Below, piece after piece: positions 22,855 to 32,556 of a DNA stretch of 64,000 bases. The position numbers and the translations under genes are program-made. Every line of letters starts with the position of its first letter. Positions within the stretch are counted from its first letter, which is position 1. The DNA lies in NCBI GenBank assembly GCA_965140785.1, contig OZ223481.1:96001-160000 (forward strand). The letters run 5' to 3'. The stretch comes from an uncultured Ruficoccus sp. Lineage in GTDB: Bacteria > Verrucomicrobiota > Verrucomicrobiia > Opitutales > Cerasicoccaceae. Under the pieces are notes generated by a model. It saw only the letters and a list, made by a program, of their open reading frames with translations, did no database searches and was not told the DNA's origin.

Positions 22855-23673
22855 ATGTACCAGCACTTCTATGGTTTTCAGGCGATGCCTTTCAATGTGA
22901 CGCCGGACCCGAAGTTTCTTTTTCTCAGTCCGACGCACCAGGAGGCGCTTTCTCATCTCCGCTACGGCATTGCCGAGCGGAAGGGCTTCATCGTCCTCAC
23001 CGGCGAGGTCGGCTGCGGCAAGTCCACCCTGTGCCGCACGCTGCTCAATGAGCTCGACGACGAGCGCTACGAGTCCGTCCTCATCCTCAACCCGCGCATT
23101 GACGAGGAGCAACTGGTGTTGGCCATCCTGCGCGAGCTGGGAGAACCGGTGGACGAACATGCCCACGCCGACCGCACGGGCCGCCTCAACGAGGCCCTCC
23201 TGCGCCGCATCCACGCCGGCAAGGAGATCGTCATGATCATCGACGAGGCGCAGAACCTGTCCTTCGAAGTAATGGAGCAGATCCGCCTCCTGTCCAACCT
23301 CGAGACCGACGAGCAGAAGCTGCTCCAGATTATCCTCATGGGCCAGCCCGAACTGAAGGTCAAGCTGCGCGAGAAGCGCCTGCGGCAGCTGCGCCAGCGC
23401 GTCCTGGTCTACTACGACCTGCACCCGCTGGATCGCCCGCAGACCGAGGCCTACGTCCAGCACCGCCTCTCCCTGGCCGGGGCCAACGGACGCCCGCGCT
23501 TCACCCCGCGCGCCCTGCGCAAAATCTATCGCACCACCCGCGGCACCCCGCGGCTGATCAACAACCTTTGCGACAAGGCCCTGCTCTCGGCCTACACCCG
23601 CAATGCCGACGACGTCAACTGGTGGGACGTTCGCCGGGCTCTCAAGGAACTCAAACGCCTCGAACACGCATGA
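22855..23673 (+). CDS. ExeA/GspA-family AAA ATPase
   Basis: MY..FYGF...PFNVTPDP, Walker A GEVGCGKST, Walker B IIDEAQNL, GQPEL, GTPRLINNLCD. Confidence 0.92.
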   Translation: MYQHFYGFQAMPFNVTPDPKFLFLSPTHQEALSHLRYGIAERKGFIVLTGEVGCGKSTLCRTLLNELDDERYESVLILNPRIDEEQLVLAILRELGEPVDEHAHADRTGRLNEALLRRIHAGKEIVMIIDEAQNLSFEVMEQIRLLSNLETDEQKLLQIILMGQPELKVKLREKRLRQLRQRVLVYYDLHPLDRPQTEAYVQHRLSLAGANGRPRFTPRALRKIYRTTRGTPRLINNLCDKALLSAYTRNADDVNWWDVRRALKELKRLEHA

Positions 23674-24692
23674 GCCTGATTAACGACGCCTTGAAAAAGG
23701 CCCAACGCGACCGCGAAACCGCTGCCAACGGAGACCCCGCCCCGCCGACACCGGAGGGCCCCGCCCCGCAACCTCCGGCCCCCCGCGTCGGCCCGCGCCC
23801 GGGTAACCCGGCCGCCACCCGCACCTTTCGCTGGACGCGCCGGATCATCGGCGTCACCCTCGCCGCCGCCGGGACGACCGCCGCCGTGCTCTTCCTGCTC
23901 GTGCTGATCCGACCCACGCCGGAGCCCGAGTTCGTGCCGCCCCGCGAAATGGCTGTCCACATCAAGATCCCCCAGCCAGCCGCCACTGCCCCCCCCGCCA
24001 ACGACCCGGCGGCATCCACGTCTCCCACCGGGTCCAACGCTGCGGCGGCGGCTATACCCAGCCCGACAGCTCCGGCAGATACGCAGACCGCTCCTACCCA
24101 GCCCGCCACGAGCCCCGCCCCGGCGCAGGAGCCGGGCATCGCCTTCAAGATTCAAGCGGACGAGGGCGAGACACCGACCGCCGACGCCCAGCCTCCGGCA
24201 GGCACCACGACTGAGCCCACCCCCGCCCCGGCGAATACCGTTGCCTCAGCTCCTGCTCCGACGAAGGACGCCACCCCCCCCACCCCCCCGGATACTGCCC
24301 CATCGGTAGCCACTTCCGAACCGGGCCCGTCAACACCCGCCGACGCAAATGCACCGGCTCAGGAGGGTCCGCTTCCCATCGCCTTTGCCATGCCCGAGCA
24401 GCCCGTCACGGTGGCCGCGACTGAAACCGCCAACCCGGACGAGGCACCGGCCGAGATGTCTTCGCCCGGCGCCGAGGGCGATCCGGCGGTGCTCGCGTTC
24501 CTGAATGCCTCCCGTATCGCAGGGGTCAAAGTCGCGGGTAAACAAAGCCGCGTGCTCATGAACAACCAGGTCTTTTTTGTCGGTTCGGTGGTTGACCCAA
24601 ACACCCGGTTGCGCATCAAGGCTATAGAGAACAGCGAAATAGAATTTATTGATGAGTCAGGACTCGAATACAGAAAGCGATTCCAGCGCTAA
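23670..24692 (+). CDS. ExeB/GspB-like membrane protein with Pro/Ala-rich linker
   Basis: MSLINDALKKAQ N-terminus, one TM, low-complexity linker, C-terminal beta domain; ATGA overlap with exeA. Confidence 0.7.
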   Translation: MSLINDALKKAQRDRETAANGDPAPPTPEGPAPQPPAPRVGPRPGNPAATRTFRWTRRIIGVTLAAAGTTAAVLFLLVLIRPTPEPEFVPPREMAVHIKIPQPAATAPPANDPAASTSPTGSNAAAAAIPSPTAPADTQTAPTQPATSPAPAQEPGIAFKIQADEGETPTADAQPPAGTTTEPTPAPANTVASAPAPTKDATPPTPPDTAPSVATSEPGPSTPADANAPAQEGPLPIAFAMPEQPVTVAATETANPDEAPAEMSSPGAEGDPAVLAFLNASRIAGVKVAGKQSRVLMNNQVFFVGSVVDPNTRLRIKAIENSEIEFIDESGLEYRKRFQR

Positions 24693-25746
24693 GAAAAAGC
24701 TCACGCTCAGGCGCAAGGGCGCCCCACGTAACGATGCCCCGCCTGCGGCCAGCGGAAGCGACCTGACGTCGCCGACACGGATGAAATTCAGCCCCAAAGG
24801 CAAATCCGAGGAAGCCCCGGCCAAGCCATCGCCCCCGCCGGAGGAACCCCTCGTTCCCCAAAAGCCGCTGGCCAGCCGCTCCCCTTCGGACACCCCCACC
24901 ATCAAACCCAAGCTGAAGTCCAGCCCCTCCGATACCCCGAAGCCCCCCTCAGAAAAAAAGAGCGACTCGGCGAACGTCCCACTGAGCTTCACGCCACCGC
25001 CCTCTGCCAGTTCGCCGGAGTCCTCGTCACCGCCTGCCGCGCCCAAAGTGCCGCCGGGTGTGAAAATCGTCAAAGACGAGCCCGCTGCGCCCGCGGGCCC
25101 TCCGCCTGTCCTGCCGCCAGTCATCAGCCAAACAGCCGGCTCGCACACGCCTCCGCCTCTTTCCGCTCCGGCCCTTTTACAGGACGACGACCCGGACGTC
25201 CGGCCGGTCCAGACCAAAGCCCGCAGCAACGTGCTGTCCGTGGTGTTGATCTTTGTGCTCATCCTCGCAGCCCTCGGCGGCATCGGTTATGCGCTTTTCA
25301 GCTTTTTAGGCAATTCGGACAGCGAAACCAGCGCGAGCCAATGGACACCCAAATCCTTCGATGAAGAAGGAACCGGCACGCCCCCGAAGCTTGACCGCCC
25401 CGAGGCGGAAGCGGAAACACCGGCTCCCGAGACCGATCCGTTGACACCCGAGTCCCCGGAAGCCACCGATTGGAGGCCCGACACCTTTGAGCCCATTCCG
25501 ACCAGCCCCACGCTGGTCGATACGGACGGTGAGGCCGGTCAGGCGAATCCGGATGTCGCCGCCTGGATCGAGCAAATGCGGCCCAACGCCCTGATGGGTA
25601 ACCGCATGAGCATCGACGGGACGACCTACCGCATCGGCGACAAAATCAGCACAAGCCCTTTGGTCATCTGGGTGGGACACGACCCGGACCTGGCCGTGCT
25701 GACCTTCCGCGACGCCAACGGCGTTCTCTACGAGAAGGATTATTAG
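24652..25746 (+). CDS. Second ExeB-like, Pro-rich single-pass membrane protein
   Basis: Pro/Ser-rich N-terminus and one TM; the C-terminal domain aligns by eye with that of 23670-24692. Confidence 0.6.
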   Translation: MSQDSNTESDSSAKKKLTLRRKGAPRNDAPPAASGSDLTSPTRMKFSPKGKSEEAPAKPSPPPEEPLVPQKPLASRSPSDTPTIKPKLKSSPSDTPKPPSEKKSDSANVPLSFTPPPSASSPESSSPPAAPKVPPGVKIVKDEPAAPAGPPPVLPPVISQTAGSHTPPPLSAPALLQDDDPDVRPVQTKARSNVLSVVLIFVLILAALGGIGYALFSFLGNSDSETSASQWTPKSFDEEGTGTPPKLDRPEAEAETPAPETDPLTPESPEATDWRPDTFEPIPTSPTLVDTDGEAGQANPDVAAWIEQMRPNALMGNRMSIDGTTYRIGDKISTSPLVIWVGHDPDLAVLTFRDANGVLYEKDY

Positions 25747-25912
25747 GGCCTGTTCAGATAAACGCTCAAAGTGGCAGAAAATGGGTCTTTTTGGCCCGAT
25801 GCCGACGTTTTTCGACTCGACGAATCTGGAGAATTGTCGAGCTGAGGAGACGAAATTCAGACCCAAACAGGCACGAGGATGTGACCTGAGCAGGTTTGCG
25901 GACAGTGCCTAG
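25743..25912. repeat. ~167-bp long-hairpin element, family R2, copy A
   Basis: Imperfect terminal inverted repeats TAGGGCCTGTTC/GGACAGTGCCTA; shares TTGTCGAGCTGAGGA with copies B and C; its ends overlap the stop codons of both convergent neighbours. Confidence 0.75.
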
Positions 25913-27762
25913 TCCAGATACGGGGAGTACTCCGGAACCATGTGCTGGAGCATCTGCTTGATCTGGTTGCGGTCGAGCCGCTCGAGATTCTGGACCAGGT
26001 CCTGGAGTTGCCCATCCAGGACGGCCAGATCGCAGGGGGTGGAGATGTACCGCTGCACGCGGGGGTGGGAGGTGGCCACATACTCCTCGCCCTTATGCTT
26101 GAGCTCTTCGAATAACTTCTCGCCGGGACGCAGACCGACAAAGCGGATTTCGATGTCGATATCCGGCTTGAATCCGCTCAGCTCGATCAACTGGCGGGCC
26201 ACATCGACGACCTTGATCGGCTGCCCCATATCCAGTACGAAGATATCGCCCCCCGCTCCCAGGATGGCTGTTTGCAGGACCAGCCCGACCGCCTCGGGGA
26301 TAGACATGAAGTAGCGGGTCACGTCCGGATGGGTCACCGTGACCGGCCCGCCCTCGCGGATCTGTTTCTTAAAAATCGGTACCACGCTGCCGGAGGAGCC
26401 AAGCACGTTACCGAAACGCACTGCCAGGAAGATTGTTTCGTTGTTGGGATCACCTTGCAGAGCTTGCAGGTAGAGCTCAGCCAGGCGCTTGGAGGCACCC
26501 ATTGCGCTGGTGGGGTTGATCGCCTTGTCTGAGGAAATGAAAACAAAACGCTGGCAGTGGTACTTGCTGGCCAGCCGGGCGAACTTCGCCGTGGCCATGG
26601 TGTTGTTCTTGATCGCCTCACCGGGCTGAAGCTCGATCATCGGCACGTGCTTGTGCGCCGCCGAGTGGAAGATGACCGTCGGTCGGTAGCGGTCGAGTAT
26701 GAACTCCATCCGATCCTGGTCGTTTACGTCGGCCAGCAGCGGCAGCACGATCGAGCTAAAGCCCTCCGAGCGCAGTTCCTGCTCGATCACGAACAGAGCC
26801 GCCTCCGACTGCTCAACCAGCAGGATGCGGGAGGGGTTCTTGGCCGCGATCTGGCGGCAGAGTTCGCCCCCGATGCTGCCACCGGCCCCCGTCACCATGA
26901 CCACATTCTGGCACAGCAACTGGTGAATTTCGACCGCGTTCGTCTCCAGACTGGAGCGGCCGAGAAAATCCTCCAACTCCACCGAGCGCAATTGCTCCGC
27001 CCGGATCTGCCCGTAGAGCAATTCCTGGGGCGAGGGCACAATCAGCGTATCCAGCCGCTCACGGCGGGTGCGCAGGAGCACTTCACGGATGGCCGCCGGG
27101 GAGATATTCGGCTGAGCGATGATGACCCGGTCCAGGTCATAACGGGCCACCGCGCGACTGAGCGTTTCAATCCCGCCAAAAACACGCAACCCCTGGTACT
27201 TGTGCCCGATAACCGCCGGGTTGTCGTCGAGAATCGTGATCGGCTGCATACCGAATCCGCGCTTGGAAAGCAGATCCTGAATCAGCGCGTCGCAGACAAA
27301 ACCCGCCCCATAAATGGCCACCCGATAGTTGCGAAAACCCGAGCGTTCATCGATGCCGAGCGCATCGCCTCGGAAGTACTGCAATACGCCGCGGAAAAGC
27401 GTCAGCGCCAGCAGCGTCGTCATAAAATTGATCAGGATCACCCCGCGGGACGGACAGTCCCGCCCGTCGAAGACGTACCACAGGTAGAGCAGAAACATGG
27501 ACGTGACCCCCAGCGCCATCGCCAACTGGAAAAAGTCATAGCTGCGGAAACGAGCCGCTGTCACCTCGAACTGGCCAAAAGCGTAGAGCACCACCACCTC
27601 CAGCGGGATGAGCCAGAGCATGATCTCCACCCGCTGGCGCTGGTATTTATCCGGCACTTGAAATTCCCACCGGATCTCATTGGCGAAGTAAAAGCCGGCC
27701 ACGCATAAAAATATGATGAGGCCAGCATAGACCAAGCCTTCGCGGTTAACTTTTCTAGCCAT
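25909..27762 (-). CDS. Membrane-bound nucleotide-sugar 4,6-dehydratase (CapD/PglF/EpsC family)
   Basis: N-terminal TMs, TGAGGSIG, AAHKHVP, SSDKAINP, RFGNVLGSSGSV, GLRPGEKL. Confidence 0.92.
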   Translation of the reverse strand: MARKVNREGLVYAGLIIFLCVAGFYFANEIRWEFQVPDKYQRQRVEIMLWLIPLEVVVLYAFGQFEVTAARFRSYDFFQLAMALGVTSMFLLYLWYVFDGRDCPSRGVILINFMTTLLALTLFRGVLQYFRGDALGIDERSGFRNYRVAIYGAGFVCDALIQDLLSKRGFGMQPITILDDNPAVIGHKYQGLRVFGGIETLSRAVARYDLDRVIIAQPNISPAAIREVLLRTRRERLDTLIVPSPQELLYGQIRAEQLRSVELEDFLGRSSLETNAVEIHQLLCQNVVMVTGAGGSIGGELCRQIAAKNPSRILLVEQSEAALFVIEQELRSEGFSSIVLPLLADVNDQDRMEFILDRYRPTVIFHSAAHKHVPMIELQPGEAIKNNTMATAKFARLASKYHCQRFVFISSDKAINPTSAMGASKRLAELYLQALQGDPNNETIFLAVRFGNVLGSSGSVVPIFKKQIREGGPVTVTHPDVTRYFMSIPEAVGLVLQTAILGAGGDIFVLDMGQPIKVVDVARQLIELSGFKPDIDIEIRFVGLRPGEKLFEELKHKGEEYVATSHPRVQRYISTPCDLAVLDGQLQDLVQNLERLDRNQIKQMLQHMVPEYSPYLD

Positions 27763-27932
27763 GAAGTGAGAGCGTAAAGGGTGCTTTTGTCCGTATTTGC
27801 CGGGGTGTAAAAAACTAAATCCTTAGCTGAAGCCCCCAGCCGAAACAAGCCCAAAGGCATGTCCGGTAGCTGGAGTATCCAGCTTGACCGGGATTGGAGA
27901 TGGCCATAGCGTTCCTCCCCTCTGTGTCGATC

Positions 27933-29069
27933 ATGGATAGTGAATTTTTCGGAATCCTGCTGCTTCTGGGCGGACTGGGCGTGGCCTTCGTCCTTACCCT
28001 GGTGACGACCTCTATTCTCAGCCGCCATGCAGAACGGCTGGGCCTTATCGACAAACCCGACCACCGCAAAATCCACAGCACCCCCATTCCGCGTATCGGC
28101 GGGCTGGGGATCTTTGCGGGACTGATGGGCAGTCTGCTGTATTTCTCTTATGTTCGCCAACTCTTCCCTGCCGAGATCGGAGCCCTGGCCATGCCCAATA
28201 TTTACTTTATGACCGGCGGGATTGTGATCGCCGTCACCGGGCTGGTGGACGACTTCAAGGGCATCAGTTTCCGGCAAAAGCTGGTCGCCCAGTGCCTGAT
28301 CGCGGTTTACATCATCCTGGCGGGCTACCGTCTGGAGTTCGATTTCGGTATTTTCCCGGGCTACGCACACATGGCCTCCATTCCGGTCACCTTTCTGTGG
28401 ATCATCGGCGTCATTAACGCGGTCAACCTTATCGACGGCATGGACGGGCTGGCAGGCGGCACCTTCATGATCTCGCTCATCACGCTGACGGTCTGTTATT
28501 GGCTGCTGGGGAGCACGCTGGAGCTGGTCTTCATTTTCTGCCTGGCCGGAGCCGTGCTGGGCTTCCTCGCGCTCAACACGTACCCGGCGAAAGTGTTCAT
28601 GGGCGATACCGGCAGCCTGTTCCTGGGCTATGTCATTGCCTGCTACTCCCTTAAATCCAGCACCCTGGGGTACAACTATTTAATGTTTATGGTTCCCATC
28701 CTGGCGGTGGGGCTGCCGGTCTTTGACACGCTGTTGTCCATGATACGCCGCTACCTGAGAGGCCGACCGGTCTTTTACCCGGACAAGGATCACATCCACC
28801 ACCGGGTACGCAAGGTATTCGGAGGAACCCAGCGCATTGCCGTCATGCGGCTGTACTACATCAACGTCGTACTCGGAGCCATGGCCATCCTCCTGAGCTT
28901 GTCCAACGACTGGCTGGCCATACTGATCCTGTTCCTGACGACAGTTTACCTCTTCGTGGTCGTCTGGCGCCTCAAGTATATAAACCCGCGGGAATTACTG
29001 AAAAAACGCCGCAAGCCCAAACACCGCGGGCTCCTGTCCACCGGCGGGGCATTCCCCTATCGTTTCTGA
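27933..29069 (+). CDS. wecA: Undecaprenyl-phosphate GlcNAc-1-phosphate transferase (WecA/TagO, MraY family)
   Basis: DKPDHRKIH, GLVDDF, NAVNLIDGMDGL, FMGDTGS, DKDHIHHR. Confidence 0.85.
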   Translation: MDSEFFGILLLLGGLGVAFVLTLVTTSILSRHAERLGLIDKPDHRKIHSTPIPRIGGLGIFAGLMGSLLYFSYVRQLFPAEIGALAMPNIYFMTGGIVIAVTGLVDDFKGISFRQKLVAQCLIAVYIILAGYRLEFDFGIFPGYAHMASIPVTFLWIIGVINAVNLIDGMDGLAGGTFMISLITLTVCYWLLGSTLELVFIFCLAGAVLGFLALNTYPAKVFMGDTGSLFLGYVIACYSLKSSTLGYNYLMFMVPILAVGLPVFDTLLSMIRRYLRGRPVFYPDKDHIHHRVRKVFGGTQRIAVMRLYYINVVLGAMAILLSLSNDWLAILILFLTTVYLFVVVWRLKYINPRELLKKRRKPKHRGLLSTGGAFPYRF

Positions 29070-30190
29070 GCGAAGGCCGTTTCGACGCACCGGCAGACCC
29101 GCTCCTGCTGTTCCGGCGTCAATTGACTGGGCAGACACAGGCCGGTCGCCGCCAACTCCTCGGCCACCTCACCGCCATAGGATCGGCAATGCGCGAAACA
29201 CGGCTGGGTGTGCAAAGGCCGCCAAAGCGGGCGCGCCTCGATATTTTCCGCCTCCAGGGCGTCCAGCAACTGCCCACTCGTGAGCCCGGCGGCGGCGTTA
29301 TCGATCAGCAGGGTGCTCAACCAGCGGGTGCAAGTCCCTCCCTCGATTTCGGGCATAAATGTCACCCCGGGCAGCACTCCCAGGCGTTCCCGGTAGCGTT
29401 CAAAGACTTGGCGGCGGCGCTCGATCTTGGCCGGGAGGCTTTTCAGTTGCGACAGGCCGAGGGCGGCCAGCAGGTTGCTCAGCCGGTAGTTGTAGCCGAC
29501 CTCCCGGTGGACGTATTCCCGGCCCGGCTCGCGCGCCTGGGTGGCCAGCATGCGCACCCGTGCGGCCAGCTCCGGCTCGTCGGTCAGCAGCATCCCCCCG
29601 CCCGAGCAGGTAATGATCTTATTGCCGTTAAAGGATAAAACCCCCGCCCGGCCAAAGCTCCCCGCCGCTCGATTTCGGTAACGCGCCCCGAGCGCCTCGG
29701 CGGCATCCTCGACCAGCGGCACCCCATACTGCGCACACAAGCGGCCGATGGCCTCCATGTCGGCGCATTGGCCGTAGGCCTGCACGACCTCGACCACCGC
29801 GGGCATTTCTCCCGAGTCGGCGGCCTCGCGCAAGGCTTCCTCCAGCCGCTGGGGGTCCATGTTCCAGCCCGCGCGCTCCGAATCGATAAAAACCGGCTCG
29901 GCCCCGCAGTACACCACGGCATTGGCCGAGGCGGCAAAGCTCATGGTCGAGCAAAACACCCGGTCGCCGGGCCCCACGCCCACCTCTTTCAGGGCCAGGT
30001 GCAGGGCGGCGGTGCCGGAGGCCAGGGCCACTGCGTGTGCCACCCCGGTCTGGCGGCACATTTCCGACTCGAAGGCGGCCAGGGCGGGCCCCACCGGGGC
30101 GATCCAGTTGCTGTGGAAAGCCTCCGTGAGGGCGGCCAGGTCGGCTGCGGACATATCGGGCGGAGAGAGATAAATGCGCTCGGCGCTCAT
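29057..30190 (-). CDS. DegT/DnrJ/EryC1/StrS sugar aminotransferase (PglE/EpsN-like)
   Basis: IYLSPP, SGTAALHL, EDAAEALG, SFNGNKIIT, GYNYRLSN. Confidence 0.92.
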   Translation of the reverse strand: MSAERIYLSPPDMSAADLAALTEAFHSNWIAPVGPALAAFESEMCRQTGVAHAVALASGTAALHLALKEVGVGPGDRVFCSTMSFAASANAVVYCGAEPVFIDSERAGWNMDPQRLEEALREAADSGEMPAVVEVVQAYGQCADMEAIGRLCAQYGVPLVEDAAEALGARYRNRAAGSFGRAGVLSFNGNKIITCSGGGMLLTDEPELAARVRMLATQAREPGREYVHREVGYNYRLSNLLAALGLSQLKSLPAKIERRRQVFERYRERLGVLPGVTFMPEIEGGTCTRWLSTLLIDNAAAGLTSGQLLDALEAENIEARPLWRPLHTQPCFAHCRSYGGEVAEELAATGLCLPSQLTPEQQERVCRCVETAFAQKR

Positions 30191-30284
30191 GGGCGGGACA
30201 CGGCCTGGGGTTTAACTTGAAAAAAAGGCAATGAACTTTAGAATATTTTTCCTGTCGCCTTATTCAAACCCTTTCCTCTCCCCC

Positions 30285-31010
30285 ATGAAAATTCTCCTGC
30301 TCTCCCTCGGCGGCCTGATCTGCGCCGCCCTTATCGGCATCTTCATCCGCCAGGAATATTTCTATAATCCGGAGGTGACGCTGACCGAGCCCCTGGACGA
30401 GCTGATTTCTCCGGACCTGCCAGGCTGGACGAGCGAAGATCTCGAACTGGCCGACTCCCCGGAAATGCAGGAAAGGACGGAGCAGATTCTCAACTTCACG
30501 CAAGCGCTTTACCGTAAATACACGCAGGGCGATCGTGAAGTCGGCGTCTATGTCGCCTACTGGAAGCCCAAAAAGATGCCCGTGCGCCTAGTCCAGGCCC
30601 ACACCCCGGATATCTGCTGGGTCCGCAATGGCTGGAACCCCCAGGACCGCGAAGAAAGCGTCGAGATGGCTGCCGGGGAGACGGAGCTCTTCCCCGCCGA
30701 ATATCGCAGCTACAACCGGCAGGAGGGGGGCAATCTCACCTACGTCTATTACTGGCACACCGTCGGCGACACCCTCTATGTCAACCGCGTCGTGGGCACC
30801 TGGGACCGCCTGGACCCGATCAAGACCATCTTCAAGTACGGTCTGGACCAGATGCAGGAACAATTCTTTGTCCGCATTTCCAGCAACAAGCCCTTTGGCG
30901 ACCTCTTTCAGGCCGATCCGGGCATGCGGGAGCTGATGGAAGAACTGGCCGACCTGACCCTGGCTCCGCCGCCCCCGCTTGAGCCCATTGCCCAGCCGAG
31001 CGCCTCCTGA
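30285..31010 (+). CDS. EpsI-family (exosortase-associated) periplasmic protein
   Basis: N-terminal TM, VYVAYW, HTPDICW..NGW, VYYW. Confidence 0.75.
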   Translation: MKILLLSLGGLICAALIGIFIRQEYFYNPEVTLTEPLDELISPDLPGWTSEDLELADSPEMQERTEQILNFTQALYRKYTQGDREVGVYVAYWKPKKMPVRLVQAHTPDICWVRNGWNPQDREESVEMAAGETELFPAEYRSYNRQEGGNLTYVYYWHTVGDTLYVNRVVGTWDRLDPIKTIFKYGLDQMQEQFFVRISSNKPFGDLFQADPGMRELMEELADLTLAPPPPLEPIAQPSAS

Positions 31011-31062
31011 GTACCTCGCGGTGCTGGCCCGCGTTTCGCCCGCGGCTCCTGTTTAACCCCTA

Positions 31063-31644
31063 TCAACGCAGGGACGCGCACTTGTCGTAACAGTGGCACG
31101 ACACCAGGTGATCGTTGACCATGCCCACCGCCTGCATGAAGGCGTAGAGCGTGGTCGAGCCCACAAATTTAAACCCGAGCTTCTTCAAGTCCCGGCTGAT
31201 CGTATCCGAGAGCGGCGTGTGGGCGGGGAGCTGCTCCAGCTTGGTCCAGGCGTTCACTATCGGTCGGTGATCGACATAGCGCCACAGAAACGCATCCAGC
31301 GACCCGTACGCCTTCACGATGTCGAAGTAAACGTTCGCGTTGTGAATGGCGGCTTCGATCTTTAGGCGGTGCCGGATGATCCCAGGGTTCTTCACCATCG
31401 CCTCCACCTCGCGTGGGCCGAAGCCCGCCAGCTCGTGCGGATTGAAGTCGGCGTAGGCTTCGCACAGGCCGTCCCACTTGGCCAGGATGGTGGACCAGCT
31501 CAGGCCCGCCTGCTGCCCCTCCAGAATCAGCATCTTGAACAGGTGCAAATCGTCGTGACTGGGGATACCCCACTCCTCGTCGTGGTAAGCTCGCTCCAGC
31601 TCGCCGTGAGTGGCCCAGCCGCATCGAATGATTTCGTCCGCCAT
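31063..31644 (-). CDS. tag: DNA-3-methyladenine glycosylase I
   Basis: RCGWA, YHDEEWG, LEGQQAGLSW, GFKFVGST..AFMQAVGMVNDH..C. Confidence 0.93.
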   Translation of the reverse strand: MADEIIRCGWATHGELERAYHDEEWGIPSHDDLHLFKMLILEGQQAGLSWSTILAKWDGLCEAYADFNPHELAGFGPREVEAMVKNPGIIRHRLKIEAAIHNANVYFDIVKAYGSLDAFLWRYVDHRPIVNAWTKLEQLPAHTPLSDTISRDLKKLGFKFVGSTTLYAFMQAVGMVNDHLVSCHCYDKCASLR

Positions 31645-31700
31645 GAAACTGAGTTATTCCCCAACTGACAAGCGGGGGCAACTCCAACTATCAGCAAAAA

Positions 31701-32315
31701 TCACCGCTGCTCAGACCGCCCCTCGCCACTGCCCCTGAACTCCGCCATCGTCGCCTCCCCTTCGGCGGAAATGCCTTCCCGGCACAGGACCGCCCGCACG
31801 GTCAGGAAAAGGATCTTCAGGTCGAGCCAGCAACTGCGGTGATCCACATACCAGACATCCAGCTTGAAACGCTCCTCCCAACTGAGCGCGTTGCGCCCCT
31901 TGATCTGCGCCCAGCCGGTGATACCGGGGCGAACCTCATGCCGCCGCGCCTGCTCCGGCGAATAGCGGTCCAGATAACGCACCAGCAGCGGTCGCGGCCC
32001 GACCAGACTCATGTCGCCCCTGAGCACGTTGATCAGCTCCGGCAGTTCATCGAGGCTGGTCGAGCGCAGAAAGCGGCCATACGCCCCCAACCGCTCAGCG
32101 TCGGGCAACGGCTCCCCGTCCGGGCCGCAGGCATTGCTCATCGTGCGCAGCTTGATCAGGGGGAAAACCTTCCCGTTCAGGCCGGGGCGGGGCTGGACAA
32201 AAAACACCGGCCACCCCAGCTTCGCCCACGACACCAGGCACAGGACCAGCAAGACCGGGCTGAAAGCCAAGAGCGCCAGCGCGGAAACAAAGAGGTCGAA
32301 GAGTCGCTTGGCCAT
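31701..32315 (-). CDS. Monotopic phosphoglycosyl transferase (PglC/EpsL-like sugar transferase)
   Basis: KRLFD, KLRTM, SLDELPEL, MSLVGPRP, RPGITGWAQ, LDVWYV. Confidence 0.92.
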   Translation of the reverse strand: MAKRLFDLFVSALALLAFSPVLLVLCLVSWAKLGWPVFFVQPRPGLNGKVFPLIKLRTMSNACGPDGEPLPDAERLGAYGRFLRSTSLDELPELINVLRGDMSLVGPRPLLVRYLDRYSPEQARRHEVRPGITGWAQIKGRNALSWEERFKLDVWYVDHRSCWLDLKILFLTVRAVLCREGISAEGEATMAEFRGSGEGRSEQR

Positions 32316-32446
32316 GATTCGATGAGCAGGGGGATAACCTGTATCTTTCAGGATTTATCCCTCGCAACAAGCAGAAGATGCCATCCCCGGCGACTGCTCA
32401 TTCGGAACATTCCCTCCATGCCCGATGAGAGCGCCATCGCCGGGGA

Positions 32447-32496
32447 GAAATAAAAAGCCACTGCACCTCACGGAAAGTTCCGCAACACGCAGTGGC
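32447..32496 (-). terminator. Probable intrinsic terminator after the epimerase gene
   Basis: GCCACTGC/GCAGTGGC stem with an inner stem, followed on the minus strand by TTTTTATTTC. Confidence 0.5.
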
Positions 32497-32556
32497 CAGA
32501 AAAGCTTGGGCAATGGGCCGGGCATTCTCCCGACCGTCAAGCCCATTAGGAATCGT

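Noticed and set aside
31063..31644. tag glycosylase as part of an anti-phage or glycan system
   Set aside because: It looks like an ordinary TagI with intact motifs, and nothing beyond position links it to its neighbours.
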